Shown here one piece after another: positions 40,916 to 54,979 of a DNA stretch of 64,000 bases; within the stretch, counting starts at the first letter, position 1, and every line of letters starts with the position of its first letter. Both the position numbers and the translations under genes were made by a program. Source of the DNA: Octopus sinensis (taxonomy: Eukaryota); assembly GCF_006345805.1 (NCBI RefSeq), contig NC_043015.1, forward strand, positions 4,588,001 through 4,652,000. The letters run 5' to 3'. The notes beneath the pieces are model-generated. The model did no database searches. It was given only the letters and a program-made list of their open reading frames with translations, and was not told where the DNA came from.

Positions 40916-42248
40916 AGAAAAACAGAATACAGTGTGAGGGAGAGAGTTGCATTCTTATATATGTTGGGTTGAGGTGAAGTTGTCTTCATACAGCGACAGA
41001 GGAATCTATTCCAAGAATAATTTGTGTACATTTTTATACTTGTTCAGAATAATGGAAAATATAGACAACATCATTAGATTGAAAGAGATCTAAATCCACA
41101 CTGAAATTTCATATGTTATTCAGTAGTGTTTAACATGGGCTGGAATACGCGAAGGCAATTTACTAATAAATTTATGGCTGTAATAATATTTCAATGGATA
41201 TAAGTAAAAACAAAAAGAAATTTCAAGTTTGATTTTATATAATTCTCAAAAACATATGACAGTGAATTAAAAAGAATATATGCACTTCTATTTCGGCAGC
41301 TGTTATGTAATATATACTGTAATATATACTTTATCAACTCTTCGGTAAAAATTATTTCTCATTTAAGCAAAGCTGGAACCTACTCTGTGATAAAGTTATA
41401 TATCTTAGTAAAGATAGAGTGGAATAGATCGACTTATGCGTTACTGCAGCCATTTAGCAATGCTCTAACAAATAGAAGTTTTAGTCCATGATGGCTTATT
41501 CCAGGAAACATGCATCAGGTAGCCTCCCTCATTATTTCCATCTGCACAAATACATGGGTTTCCTTTCCCACAGCACACCCTGTCTATTGTAGAGAACTGT
41601 AGAAGGTTTTTCAATCAATGTGTGTTATATAAGCATTTTTGGGACGTCAGTCCTTCAAAACTTCAATACATGACCATCTTTCTTTTGGTTCTGATTCGAG
41701 TAAAATACATCATAATGGACTTCTTGAACAACATCGTTTTGTCTTGTGAAAGAATCAGCTGGAAAACATATGTCTCTAAGCATTGCAAATATTATGAACA
41801 TCAAGAATATATTATAGGCACCATCCTCAGGAAAAAATGGGTGTTCCTATGTTTCATAGTCGTAGCTGCTATTTGCTAGGGTTCCTATATGGATTATGGA
41901 TGCCCTGATACAAACGTACTGAAATGTTCAGATGACGTGTGATCATTGAAAAACATTTATTTCAGTTCTCCAGGGTTAACACGCTCATTACATCTCACAT
42001 TGAAAAAGAATCATACGTTCAATACGAAGTGTTTGTTGACGGGAGCAGTGAGCTGTATCTGCATTTATTTGTCAATGAGAGATTGTAATTACTGATTTTC
42101 AGGCAATACACACATTTCAAAGAGAAATCGTAAAGTTAATATTGTGCACAGAAATGCCTTTAGTCGTCGTGTGAGACTTCTTATATGTGTGTATGCATGT
42201 GTGCATGCATGCATGCATCCTTGTTTGTATGTATGCATATATGTATAT

Positions 42249-42315
<67 letters not shown>

Positions 42316-43284
42316 TTGTGTGCGTGTGTGTGTGTGTGCGACGTGTGTCTGCATCTGTATATATATATATATAACACAAAATAAAATACAAAATATGACA
42401 AGAACGCAAATCATTCATGTATATATATACATATATATATAAATTTAGATATATACATGTACATATACACATGCATACACACACATATATAAATGAAACC
42501 TATAAATATGCATAGAAATGGTCAATTGCATATATTGGTTATATACATAGAAACACATGCATACTCGCATAATTATGTATGAAGCTGTATGTGTGTGTGT
42601 GCGTGTGTGTGTGTGATTGTGGATATAGAATTGCATACGCACATTTGTCAAGATATATATACACACGAGCACCCCATCAACTAGACACTGAGAAATATAT
42701 AAATATATATTAAATGGATTTGAAAGTTTAAACATTCCTTTGATGTAATTTACTTGATTTATATATTTCGCACAGTATTTCAATTAATTCGTTTCCTATA
42801 AATTTAGATATATTTCTTACTAAGCAACACTGTCCTCCTAACGAGAGTAATGTTCGGCTTCCCATACACACCATTCATCGACGAAATATAGCAGTCGACA
42901 TATTGTATTTATAGTAGATTTATATATCATCTGTTGGAAAAATTATATCTTTGAAGTCCGTAGCATTCTATAGGATGCTTTCGGAGGGGGATTAACTCTT
43001 TAATACATTTGGCTTCTTTGTTTTCCTGTTATTTATATCCCCTCATTGCTAAAATTATGACTCATTTCCACTAATTTTGTTGATCTTTGTTGTACATAAA
43101 ATGTACACCTTTCAACTTTGTGTCTGTTGGGTGCATATGACAAGCTTTCACTTGGAGTATCTGAAAATAAGCATGCTTCGAAACAATAAATTCTTTGACT
43201 AGTTAGGAAGTCAGGGTTTTCGAGTGCAGGGCAAACAGAGTGGTAATTAGTGTTTCAATAGTATCTACCAATTAGTTGCGTCTC

Positions 43285-43633
43285 ATACGTGACACTGCAT
43301 TGGTTACGACGACGAGGGCTCCGGTTAATCCTATCAACGGAACAGCCTGCTCGTGAAATTAACGCGCATATGGGTTAGCACTCCACAGACACGGGGAGGT
43401 TCGCGTGATAGAGAGTGTGACATCGTGGGTCTTTGAAATACATGTACAACTGAAACAGCACAAAGTTATGAAAGAAAGAGTAGGGCAAGGTTCGCTACCA
43501 CCCATGCCAGAGGCTTGTGGAGCTTTAGGTGCTCTCGCTCAATTAACACTCACAATACACCGTTTGGGTTTCAAAACCGTGATCTTAACAACGTGAGTTC
43601 ACTGCCCTAAACACTGAGCCATGGCGCCTCCAC
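43285..43633 (-). mobile_element. SINE with the 31.3-kb head and body joined to a different 3' portion
   Basis: 43480-43633 aligns with 31340-31490. 43285-43460 does not resemble the 31.3-kb tail. Confidence 0.7.
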
Positions 43634-44084
43634 AGTTGCTACTGATATATAGGAACTAACAACATAGAAAATCTATATGTAATATAATGTTCCAATTTTC
43701 CAATAATACTACACAAACACAAGCACAAATACACACATTTCCTGTTTGGTATCATTGGGTTGAATAATACGGGTATTATTTAAATTAATTTTCATTTTTT
43801 ACGTATTGTGGTTGGAGAAGGAGACGATCTGATGTTGATTGGATTGTAATATTGAAAGCGTCTTTACACATATTGTTCGAGTGACGGGGATGATAGGCAG
43901 TTAAAATACATAATTTCATTTGGAAAATAGATGTAAATATTAATGGGTTTTACTCGGATATAGTCCAACATTTCCTCAGTGTGCCGAGCGTGTTTAGACG
44001 TGTTGTACGAGGGATGGAGATTATACACAGTTATTACCACCATCATCGTTGTCGACGTCGTCGTCATTATCATTATTATTTAAT

Positions 44085-44170
<86 letters not shown>

Positions 44171-44460
44171 TGCACAGCTTCTAACGATATAGGTGTAGTA
44201 CGGAACCAGCAATTCACTTCCAGTGAACTAAGGCAGAGCACTCTCCGAAGTATTCGAGTGATTCCAAGCAGTGCTGTTTCCTGCAAGTACTTCTTCACCC
44301 ATATTTGAGCCCCTATTTGTTTCACGTACTTCTTAAGATTTTTACTCACTATCCCAAGGGCCTCGGAAATTATTGGTACGACTACTAACTTTTTCATCGA
44401 CCACAACTGCTTAACCTCCCAAGCTAAAGTGCCATATCTATCGACATTTCTGTCTTCTAA
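44171..44460 (-). mobile_element. 3' end of an R4/Dong-like RLE LINE, abutting (TTA)n (44085-44170)
   Basis: WEVKQLWSMKKLVVVPIISEALGIVSKNL...LQETALLGITRILRRVL. Confidence 0.85.
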
Positions 44461-47110
44461 TTATGGTTATTATTATGTTTGTTGTTGTTGTTGTTGTCAT
44501 CATGATCATCATTAACGCATATATTAAGACTTTTCTATTTGATTAAGGCCACATCCACGAAAGGAAAATAAAGACGGAGAAAAAAGCATTGCTCCATAAA
44601 AGATTGAAAATGAAGAAAATCGCCAGAGTAGATAGCAATAATTTGATCTAGTGTCTACGTATTATTATTATGTTTTCTTGTCCACAATGTCCCCAAAGCA
44701 TTTAAAAATGAGTGCTGTTAATGATGAATTTCTGTATCTTCCACAGACACTGTTGTTAGTGTGGCATTATAAATAAAATTTAATACATAGCGCGGTGATT
44801 TACAGAAAAAAGGGTTCGTAATCAGTATTTGAATTTGTTGCTTAAGAATGATAAATAAATACATCGAATTTGGTCCAATCAAGTAGTTACACAATTATCA
44901 GCGACATATATCACTACCAATCATAATCATGATATTAGCACTTTCAAAATGGCTGTACATCAGGGAGAAGAAATTCATTTATTATCTCCGGATTTTAAAA
45001 AAGAATGTTAAGACAGACTTTATGTTTTCTAGCCGAAACGTATATTTCAATCCATTTGGGGAGAAATATAGTCTGAAAGCTGTTTGAAACGCATATAAAT
45101 ACGAAGCCGGAAAGAGTAAATCAGAGAAATGAAATATTCTTCAGATAGACACTATTTTATCTTGAACATCATGTGATATTTGCCCTGAAAAAGTAACTCA
45201 AATAAAATCGATAAGCTTAGGAAGGAGGTAGAGAGAGAGTAAATTAAGTTGTGAGGAGACTTCAGAATCATACAAGAATCATCAAATACTTAGCAGTATT
45301 TCGTCCTCTAATATATCGTTATTAAAGTAACCAAAAAAAGTAATCATTTTTCACCGCATATGTGTTCTTTTTTATCTTCAGGGCGAATTTCCTTTGCCAC
45401 TTATTCATTTTGGCGAGCGAGATTGTCGTTCCATTGTTTGACTGTAATTGGACAGCAAAAAATATCCCAAATGAGAACAAAGAAAACAAAATAGCCTGCA
45501 CATAAAACAACGGAAATAACAATAAAAACCAACGTAGCCGTCAGCAGCCTTCACCAACGCTTACATTAATCTGACATCATAATATCATTAACCTTACAAA
45601 AATAATGCAACGAATATACATAATGTTAGTGGACTTGATAACGTAGTTCACATTCGATAACTTTGCGTAACCAACTGACTAATCAAGCAATCGATTAGAT
45701 ACTTGGTTTCATATTTAACTAACAGACTATCAATAAAGAAGTGGAATTGAATCCGTGCGTGTGTTGTCTGTCATTATTTGTGTAGTGTCTCTCCCAAGAC
45801 TCAACAAATTGGACAGACACCACACGCAAATGCCTTACATATGAAAAACGAAAACGATTTATAACAATGACGTAATAGACAATCTGAAAGACTAATTAAT
45901 TGAATATTATTTATTATCACAACAATAACGGTAACAACAAATTCTAAAGTAACAGACCACAGTTCTCACTCTTGTTATCAATCTTTGCATCAAACGATGA
46001 TGTTTGACACAACATTAATCCATCAAAGAGGTATGAGAATGCTGTTGATTTAAGCCTTTCTAAGATAGAAAAAATCATTTTGTGTGTTATGAATATGAAT
46101 TGAAACAGAGACAAGACAATATATAAGGAATATTGGGGGAATATTATGGGGAATATTTTTTTTTCCGAGCGTGGTAATATATGCATGCTTTTCTAGGCTA
46201 TTACTTCATTGCTTCATTGTTATAAATGATTAAAACCAAACAATTGTTGAAGAGTTAGGTGCGGAATCTGCACATGCCAATACACATTTCAAACAGTACA
46301 GAGGTCACTATAGAACACGAATTACAGGAATTAATAGTAATATTAAGCCCTAGTTTATTTTAAACTTTGTGGCGCAAAATATGCAGGTCATAGAATCTGA
46401 ATTGATAAGCTGTAACGCATAATATGGTCGGGTCAGTACGGAGATCAAATTCCCATGCCCCCAAAACAACAACAAGCAATTACTTAATATGTGTCCGAAT
46501 AAGGTGGCTGAAACATACCAAGAATATGTGCGTGTGTCATTTTCTGAAATGAACTTATATCACAATAGTGGTATTTAAAATTGAATTAGAAAAACTAGAG
46601 AAAATAGTAGAATGTGTCATTGTAAAGCTAAGCTTTAATAAAGAACAAGATGTACTATCGATAAAAGCGCAATATTTTTTCTAGTTTCAATATTTATGAA
46701 ACCTAGAATCCATGAACATAAAGACGAAACACATAAATTATTTTTCAAAAATACTGGATGGGAAAGGGTGGCGTACAGCATGATACATATGGTCTTTGAT
46801 GTGATGGTGATTTATTTATTAAAAATTATGTTTTAATAATTATAACCAATAAATAATCGATGTATAATATATTTTTCTCTTCACAGTTGAAGTCAAATTT
46901 TGCCCAAAAATAAATGAATTTAAAAATATAACTCATCAGGATAAAAGTTTGAAAAATATAGAACATAAAATGGAATTTTTCTTTCAAAACCACACATATC
47001 CCTCTAGACACAAATACATAAATGCATAATACATACGTGGAAGCCACACATAAAAGCACATACACAAACACATACACACATATGATATGCATATATATTA
47101 TATATATATA

Positions 47111-47159
<49 letters not shown>

Positions 47160-47434
47160 ACTACACATACATACGCACAAACTGACGTAGACACACACAT
47201 ACGTGGTTGTTTATTTGCTTGCAGTGTTCGTGAATGATTAACGTATCAGTTTCTCACATCCATTGTTCGTCAAGTTACATATTTCAGAAATTTTAATTTA
47301 TACAGATTTTTTTTTTTTATTTCTGCCATGCATTTTTTCACAATATCTAATTGAAAAGATGAAACTTTGCGTAATGCGTCTACACGAACGTCTCTCACTC
47401 ACTTTCTCCCTCTCTCTCTCTCTCTCTCCCTCTC

Positions 47435-47479
<45 letters not shown>

Positions 47480-47522
47480 TATATATATGTATGTATGTAT
47501 CTCCCTCTCTCTCTCTCTCTCT

Positions 47523-47558
<36 letters not shown>

Positions 47559-48143
47559 GCAATGCACTCACACACGCACACAAACGCTTTATATATGTCT
47601 GTATGAGCGTTGGAGGAGAGCGGGGGCATGAGCAGTTGTGTGTATATTTTATGCTGAGCACTTCGTTTAAGCAATTAGCATCAATGTATTCTGACTTCCA
47701 TACAGAAACATGAGAGAACGTGAATTATGTAGACATATTATCTGTTTTAGTGTCAGTTCTTGTTCTCATATGAAATTCCATGTCGTTACTTCATTTATTT
47801 TTTCTTTGCTGTTTGATGACTCTGTCGTTCTATTGTTTATTAAGGTTGTTTTCAGGGTTTATCCGTAATTGAATTTTATACGCGTAATCTTTTTTTTTCT
47901 GTTCGTTGTAGTGGGTTATTGTTTTCAGATATGTTCATTTTAGAAATTTTGAGTTTTTTTCTTTCACATTTTCATCGTTTTTTTTTTATAAATTTCTTTC
48001 AAATATATGAAAAATATATTGATATTTCATGTGATTAATACTTTCAGGGTTAAATATGTGATTAAAATTGTTGTTATTTTTGCGTCATTTCTCTTTCAAC
48101 ATAATTCTTTGTAATTTTTTTAAAATTAAGCTATTTCATGACA

Positions 48144-48180
48144 AGAATAATAATAATGATAATAATAATAACAATAATAA

Positions 48181-48219
<39 letters not shown>

Positions 48220-48220
48220 C

Positions 48221-48267
<47 letters not shown>

Positions 48268-48330
48268 TAATAATAATAATAATGATAATGATAATTATGA
48301 TGATGATGATAATGATAATGTTGATGATAA
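48144..48330. repeat. (AAT/GAT)n microsatellite
   Basis: Read directly. Confidence 0.95.
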
Positions 48331-48590
48331 AAATTTTACATCACCACAGCCAATCTTTATTATTGTTGACAATATCCACAGCGATGGTACTTCAGAATAA
48401 CAACGTTTTACTCATCATGATAAATAATATATTTGCTTTTTACATCAGTTTCAACAGTGCATGAATAGACACTTTGAAATCCCATTCCAGTTTTCACAGT
48501 AATGTCCATGTAGATGTCTTCATCATCTATATTCTCGTTATTTTTTACATAATATTATCGGCATTTTAGGACTCTATATGTGTGTGTATG

Positions 48591-48665
<75 letters not shown>

Positions 48666-49944
48666 TATAGTATATATATACATGTGTGTGTGTGTGTGTG
48701 TGTATGTGCGTCTGTGTGCCCGTGTGTGCGTATACATATAGATATATGTGTGTATGTGTGTATGTACATAAACGTGCAAAAGGCTTGTAAGAAAAGCAAA
48801 ACAATGTGAATTAAATTCTTACAAACCGCTGTATGTCGCATATTAATCACTCACGTTGCATGTATTGGTAGGTTTATTCTCCTGTTGTCAATCTGAACTT
48901 CGTCAGAACCGATTTATTTCTGCTATCCAAGTTTCGAATCCTCGCCATAAAATATTTATGCCTAAGCATGCCTCTGAATAAACAAAAGATCTAGAAGTCG
49001 CAGTTGGCAGATGTGCGGTTTGATTCAGCATACTGACCTACACAACGGGCTAGTCAACTGATTGTATGAACAACGATGTGTGTGATCGAATATAAGAATG
49101 GTGACTTTATCTGAATTATTTTCAGATATTGCACCGTTGTAACTGTCGAGCTACTCTATATTTCTCACTTGGCGAAGTGTGCATGAGAACATCCTTTGTA
49201 AATTAGGCAAAGATAATAGAAACACTTCATATTAAGATGACCGAAAATAATTACATTGGCTTATGCGACAGTTTTTTTTAAAAGACGCTATACTAAACAC
49301 TTAAATTCTTTCCTGAAAATGGCCAAAAGTTAAGCTACAATTTCGGCAGCCACGCATGGCGACTGAAGACCAGTTCCATGTCAATTAAAATCAAGCGGAA
49401 AATCGTAAAGATACTTATGCTTTTGTTAATAGATTTTAAATAAATGCGCGTTATGCGTAATTGAAGTATCACTTATTGTGTTTAGATCTAACAATCCCGC
49501 CTAATAAATAATTGCATATAACACATTTTCAGTAAATGCTCAGCAAATGTACAAATTTCTGTTGGTGAATTGGATAAGACCACCTTCTGTGATTACGGTG
49601 TCTATATCACAGGTGTAATCCCTACTCCGATGAGTCTATACCAATTTGCTTCATGACTGTACGGTCAAAGGAGCCAAAATTCTAATCCTCCATTACTTTC
49701 TCCCTTCCTGTTTTGCATTTGGATTATTGTCGATCTATCGTCCTGATATTTAACTTGTGTAGGCCGTGTCCTCAGAGCCTGCAGATTACTTCGAGACACT
49801 AGGCGTGCAATTAAATGCTGCATAGAAAACATCTCTTGTCTAAGAGAGCATTAATATAACATAGCTCTGTGTATTTTCCATGTATGTGTGTATGCATGTC
49901 CATATATGTCTATATACATACACACACATACATACATGCATATA

Positions 49945-49978
49945 TATAGAGATATAGATAGAGAGATAGAGAGATAGG

Positions 49979-50034
<56 letters not shown>

Positions 50035-50037
50035 CAT

Positions 50038-50120
<83 letters not shown>
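49945..50120. repeat. (GATA)n microsatellite
   Basis: Read directly. Confidence 0.95.
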
Positions 50121-50686
50121 TGTATACATACTTATTGAATAGAAAAATATTTTTCTCGTTTCAAATTGCATAAATCCTGCACCGCTATTCCAGTTTACGT
50201 TCGTTACCAAGTATTGTTGAAACGCTTAACAGAGCATAGTTAACAATATGGATGACCTTTCCTCCACAACCACCCTGCATTTGAGAGTAGTATTTATACA
50301 TACGTCAACTACATATTTCGTGCTGATTTTTATATTTCATGTACTTTACAAGTATGGTTCTCTTGTCAAGAATTTCAGAAACCAAAATATTTCGATGCTT
50401 ATAGCGTTCCACGATTTATCTTCGAAATTCAAACAATGCTAATTAGTTTAGTCCCACTTCTGTCTTCCATAAATTAAATTATTGTCATATAAATCCTACT
50501 TTTTCCATGTGGTTTTAAATATCTTTTAATTTCTTATGTATATTCATACTCATTTTATACCCCACTTTCATTTCTCAATTCATTTTTGTTTTAGGTATTA
50601 GTATTTTCCTTGTAAACCCTATTCACCTCTGATAAACGATAATTCATTTATGCCATGTTTCAAAATTTTGATTATTTTCTTTAATT

Positions 50687-50736
<50 letters not shown>

Positions 50737-50889
50737 CAAAACTTCTAATTTACTTTCTAATTTAATTTTGCATCGGTCAAGGTCCAAATACTTGTCCCAT
50801 ACGCAATAGATGTAGATTGAGCTTACATCAACCTATCTATTTTGATACATTGTATTGAACATATTCAAAGCAGTATTTAATATTGATTT

Positions 50890-51100
50890 CAAATTTTTGA
50901 CACAGAGCCAGCAATTTTTCAGTGGGATGTAAATCGATTACATCGACATCAGTTCTTAACTCGTATTTATTTTAACGTCTCCAAAACGGATGAAATGTAA
51001 ATCGAACTTGGTGGTATTTGATCTCAGAGCTTAAAGCCGAACGAAACGCAGCTGAGTATTTTGCTCAATGTGATTACGATTCTGCAAGCTAGCCGCCTTG
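50890..51100 (-). mobile_element. Short SINE-like repeat (family of the 24.4-25.7 kb cluster)
   Basis: Plus-strand ATCGATTACATCGAC and GGATGAAA.GTAAA.TCGA are the reverse complement of the family motifs. Confidence 0.7.
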
Positions 51101-51139
51101 GAGTTAAATATTTAATATTAATATTAAATTCGTGAAAGT

Positions 51140-51465
51140 GCATGGTTCAGTGGTTAGAGCGTCGAACTTACGGTCATGAGGTTATGAGTTCGATTCTCGG
51201 ACCGGGCTATGTGTTGTGTTCTTGAGCAAGACACTTTATTTCACGTTGCTCCAGTTCACTCAGCTGTAGAAATTAGTTGCGACATTACTGGTGCCAAGCT
51301 GTATTGGCCTTTGCCTTTTTCTTGGATAAAACTGGTAGCGTGGAGAGGAGAGGCTGGTATGCATGGGCAACTGCTGGTCTTCCATAAACAACCTTGCCCG
51401 AACTTGCACCTCGGAGGGTAACTTTCTAAGTGCAATCCCATGATCATTCATGACCGAAGGGGCGC
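51140..51465 (+). mobile_element. tRNA-derived SINE, third type
   Basis: TGGTTCAGTGGTTAGAGC (A box)...GAGTTCGATTCTC (B box), then TTGAGCAAGACACTTTATTTCAC core-like domain. Confidence 0.85.
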
Positions 51466-51489
51466 TTCCAGAATATTAAATTCAAGTCA

Positions 51490-51690
51490 GCATACTGCGA
51501 AACAACGTTAGCATACTGGGTCAATTGCTCAGCTTCATTTCGTCCGTCTTCACGCTTTGAGTTCAAATTCTACAGAGGTCAAATTTGTATCTCATCCTTT
51601 CGGGGTAGATAAAATAATACCAGTTAAGTACTGAGGCCGTTCTAATCGACGCAACCCTTTTCCAAAACTGCTGACGTTGTGCCAAAATTA
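51490..51690 (+). mobile_element. Short SINE-like repeat (family of the 24.4-25.7 kb cluster)
   Basis: ATTTCGTCCGTCTT..CG...GAGTTCAAATTC, CATCCTTTCGGGGT.GATAAA and TACCAGTT. Confidence 0.75.
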
Positions 51691-53002
51691 ATTTTGAATT
51701 GAGGACGGTCAGATGAATGAAACTTTTGCATACCGGGTGTAATAGTTAGTAGAATTTCGAGGTCAACTTTTCCTTTCATCTTCCACGTAAGTGAAATAAA
51801 ACAGCGAATATCTCGACATCCAAATGAACAACGGCAGATTAGGCAGCATGAAAGACATGGCTGAAAAAAATTTTTAGGCTAACAACTTGAGTGAGTTTGA
51901 AGTGCCACTACACTCATCAAAACAAAATCATGCCGCTGCCATGTAATGTCCAACTTAACGTACACTCATATGTGATGACCACTAGTAATACTTCAACGAA
52001 GTTGACGAACTTGACGAGAAGATATGAACACGTTCCACAAATTCACGAGGTGAGCAGCAAATATTAACTAGAAGAAAATTTTGATGTTCCTATAGAAAAT
52101 AATCAGATACACCCACATACGTAGGAAAAATACATACATAGCTACATACGTATCTCATAGATACACATCCACACGGACGGATATATCCAATAATCGCAAT
52201 GCATGAATTTCGCCCATATATTAACACATTAAGTTGTTTCAAAATGTTTTTTTTATTCTTTCAAGGTATAGGTGAAGAGTCGAAACTCTTTTTAAACTTT
52301 GTTCCAAAAACAAATAAATAATTGATATGCCTACACGAAAATAGAAGGAAATATAACAATTGCGAAACCTTCAACAATTTTATTTCTAATTCTCTGTGAT
52401 TTTCGTTGCTCTCTCATTGTCTTTTCCGTAATTTTTCTTTTTATACAGACTGCCTATTTTGTTTTCGTGATATTTTAATTGATATTATTTAAGAAAAAAA
52501 ATATTATTTGTTTTCGTTTTACTGTATTCGAAACTCGTTTTTCTCAAAGCTTGTCAAATTATTTTCCTTCCCAATTCACATTAATAAAGATGATAATGAA
52601 TTATGCCTTTTTTTCGTTATTTTTTTTAAATTTTCAATTTTCTGTGCTTCTTTTTATCGTTATCTTATTTCCATTTCGAAATGTTTTAATTCTATTTTTT
52701 GTTTTCTTTTTTGAAAAAAATTAATTCAGATTTCTGTTTTACTTCAGCGTTTTAATTTTCTTTTCTTATCTTAATTATATTTATTATTTTAATTTAACTT
52801 CATTTCATTTACACAGATTATTGATTTGCAAGTGGAAGCGCAATCAATAATAGAAAGTTGTAGATTACTACTTCCACTGTTTCTGCTGAAAATCGCATTA
52901 TCGTAAGACGAAAGCAATAGCTAACAGTGCAATACTAGTCTACTACTATAACATGAAATATCTAACCTGTTTAGTTAATATGAACCTTATTATTTGGTAC
53001 AA

Positions 53003-53425
53003 AGGATCATTTCGGTTTGAACGGCAGTTTTTTTCTAGCGGTGTCATATGAAATTGTTATCCATAATTATGACCCTAGTATCGATCTATTGCATTTCAAT
53101 CTGCTTTAGGGTTAGGGTTAGGGTTAGGAGTGGGGAAGGGTATCTTTTTTTTTTCACAAATGTAAATAAACCCAATCTGCGTCTTATACGAGGGACATAT
53201 TCATACGGCACAGAATATATTTTACCTCAATAGACGTATTTGATTGGTTGAAATTGCAGAAATTGAAGAAAAAAACACCATATATCTTAAAAACTATAGA
53301 ATTTTCTCAATAAAGCTAAGAGAAAAAGATATTTTATAAACACATTCTACCAGTATACGAAGTTTAAACTTTTTTAGTTACTTAGAAATTATGTTAAAAG
53401 CTGCCGTTCAAACCGAAAAGACCCT
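53003..53425. mobile_element. MITE with ~28-bp TIRs and an internal (TTAGGG)3 tract
   Basis: AGGATCATTTCGGTTTGAACGGCAG (53003) and CTGCCGTTCAAACCGAAAAGACCCT (53425). TTAGGG repeats at 53106-53128. Confidence 0.85.
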
Positions 53426-54979
53426 GCACAAATACTAATTTTGTTGATTGATATTACCCTATGATAATATTAAAAGAACACCTGAAGAAATAGTCTGTGC
53501 CTATGTATGCCTATTATTTCTCGAGGGAAATATTTCAAAATTAAAATATATGAAGCTCAAAAGGAACATTTAATACAATGGTAAAGAAATACTAAATCAA
53601 TGAAATGAAATAACATCGAATACGTACGCTCATTGATATAGATTCAAAACTATCTCTAACTTGTAACAATCAATGTTCTCTTTCAGTGCATATACGATAT
53701 AAGCTTACCATACTTACACATTGTGTTATCTACTACATAGACTTAGCCATACCTCTGGGTAATATGCTTTCTAGTAACATTTAAGCTAAATGTTCAAACA
53801 CTTAAATAGTTGGATTCAAATGTTTACATACATTCAAGACATCAATGCTTTTTGATACATATATCGTAAATTCAGAATGCATCTCCTCGCAGGCATGGAT
53901 ATATATTTTCAAAACTGCATCTTTGAAACAAATAGAAACATGGGCTGAGAACCAAATTGATCGGACACAAATATAAATCTACATAAAGCGAATATGTGTT
54001 GGGCGAGTGGGTTGATAAAATGCGAAATGTTTTTATTCTCAGAAGTTTAAATTTTCAGGCTACATACAACAGTCCATGTTTATTGCATACCCGTTACAAC
54101 GCATACATTTACATCTGGATTACTCTACAGAATTGCATTTGACATGATCACCATAAAAAATGATATTGAAATTGGTACGCTAAAATTAATAATGTAGTTT
54201 CATATACAATATCATACAAGATAATGAATGTGATCAGCGTTAACAAGAATATAAACTGCATTTTTCTGCGTATTGGAATATAGGAATTTTAAATATTTTA
54301 AAATTTTATATATATGGATATTCACGACAATCAGATTAAAATGCAGAAAGACTTCATAGATAATAATAATAATAATAATTTTAAAAAAATACTATTTTTT
54401 CTCACTGCGAAAATTTATGCACACTATGATAGCCCAAAATAATGACTGTATAGCTTAAATCGAGCCGCATGACCGTCCACAAAATCATCGTTTCTGATTT
54501 GTTGCTGCTGTTTCCATTTTTGATGCCCATGCCGTATTTGTTGAATTTCATTTTTCTAAACAACAGATATTTCAATAGTTTTGAAGTATAAAGTTCTTAT
54601 TTTTCAATGTTGTCATTATTTCAAACAGAGTCTCTCACTAAATACTTTGTAATGCCTTCCTCCTACAAGAACTAGAGAGATAACATGTTTGATGTTTAAA
54701 ATATATGATATTACATTTTTTTCTATTTTACTTTCAAAGTTTAATGCCTAAAATAGTTTCTCTTTATACTGAACAAAAGAAATTATCAGCCAAACTGAGA
54801 CAGAATAAACAACAAAATTTGAAGTAAATATCGATATGTACACCAAGACGAGAATGTAATGATCAATGTCTTGTGTAATGTTATTTTGATAGAGTCAATT
54901 CACCGTAGTTTTGGTTTCATTATCAATAGCACTGGTATATTTGTCTAATTCTCTACTCAATGTTATGCCTTGGATTACC

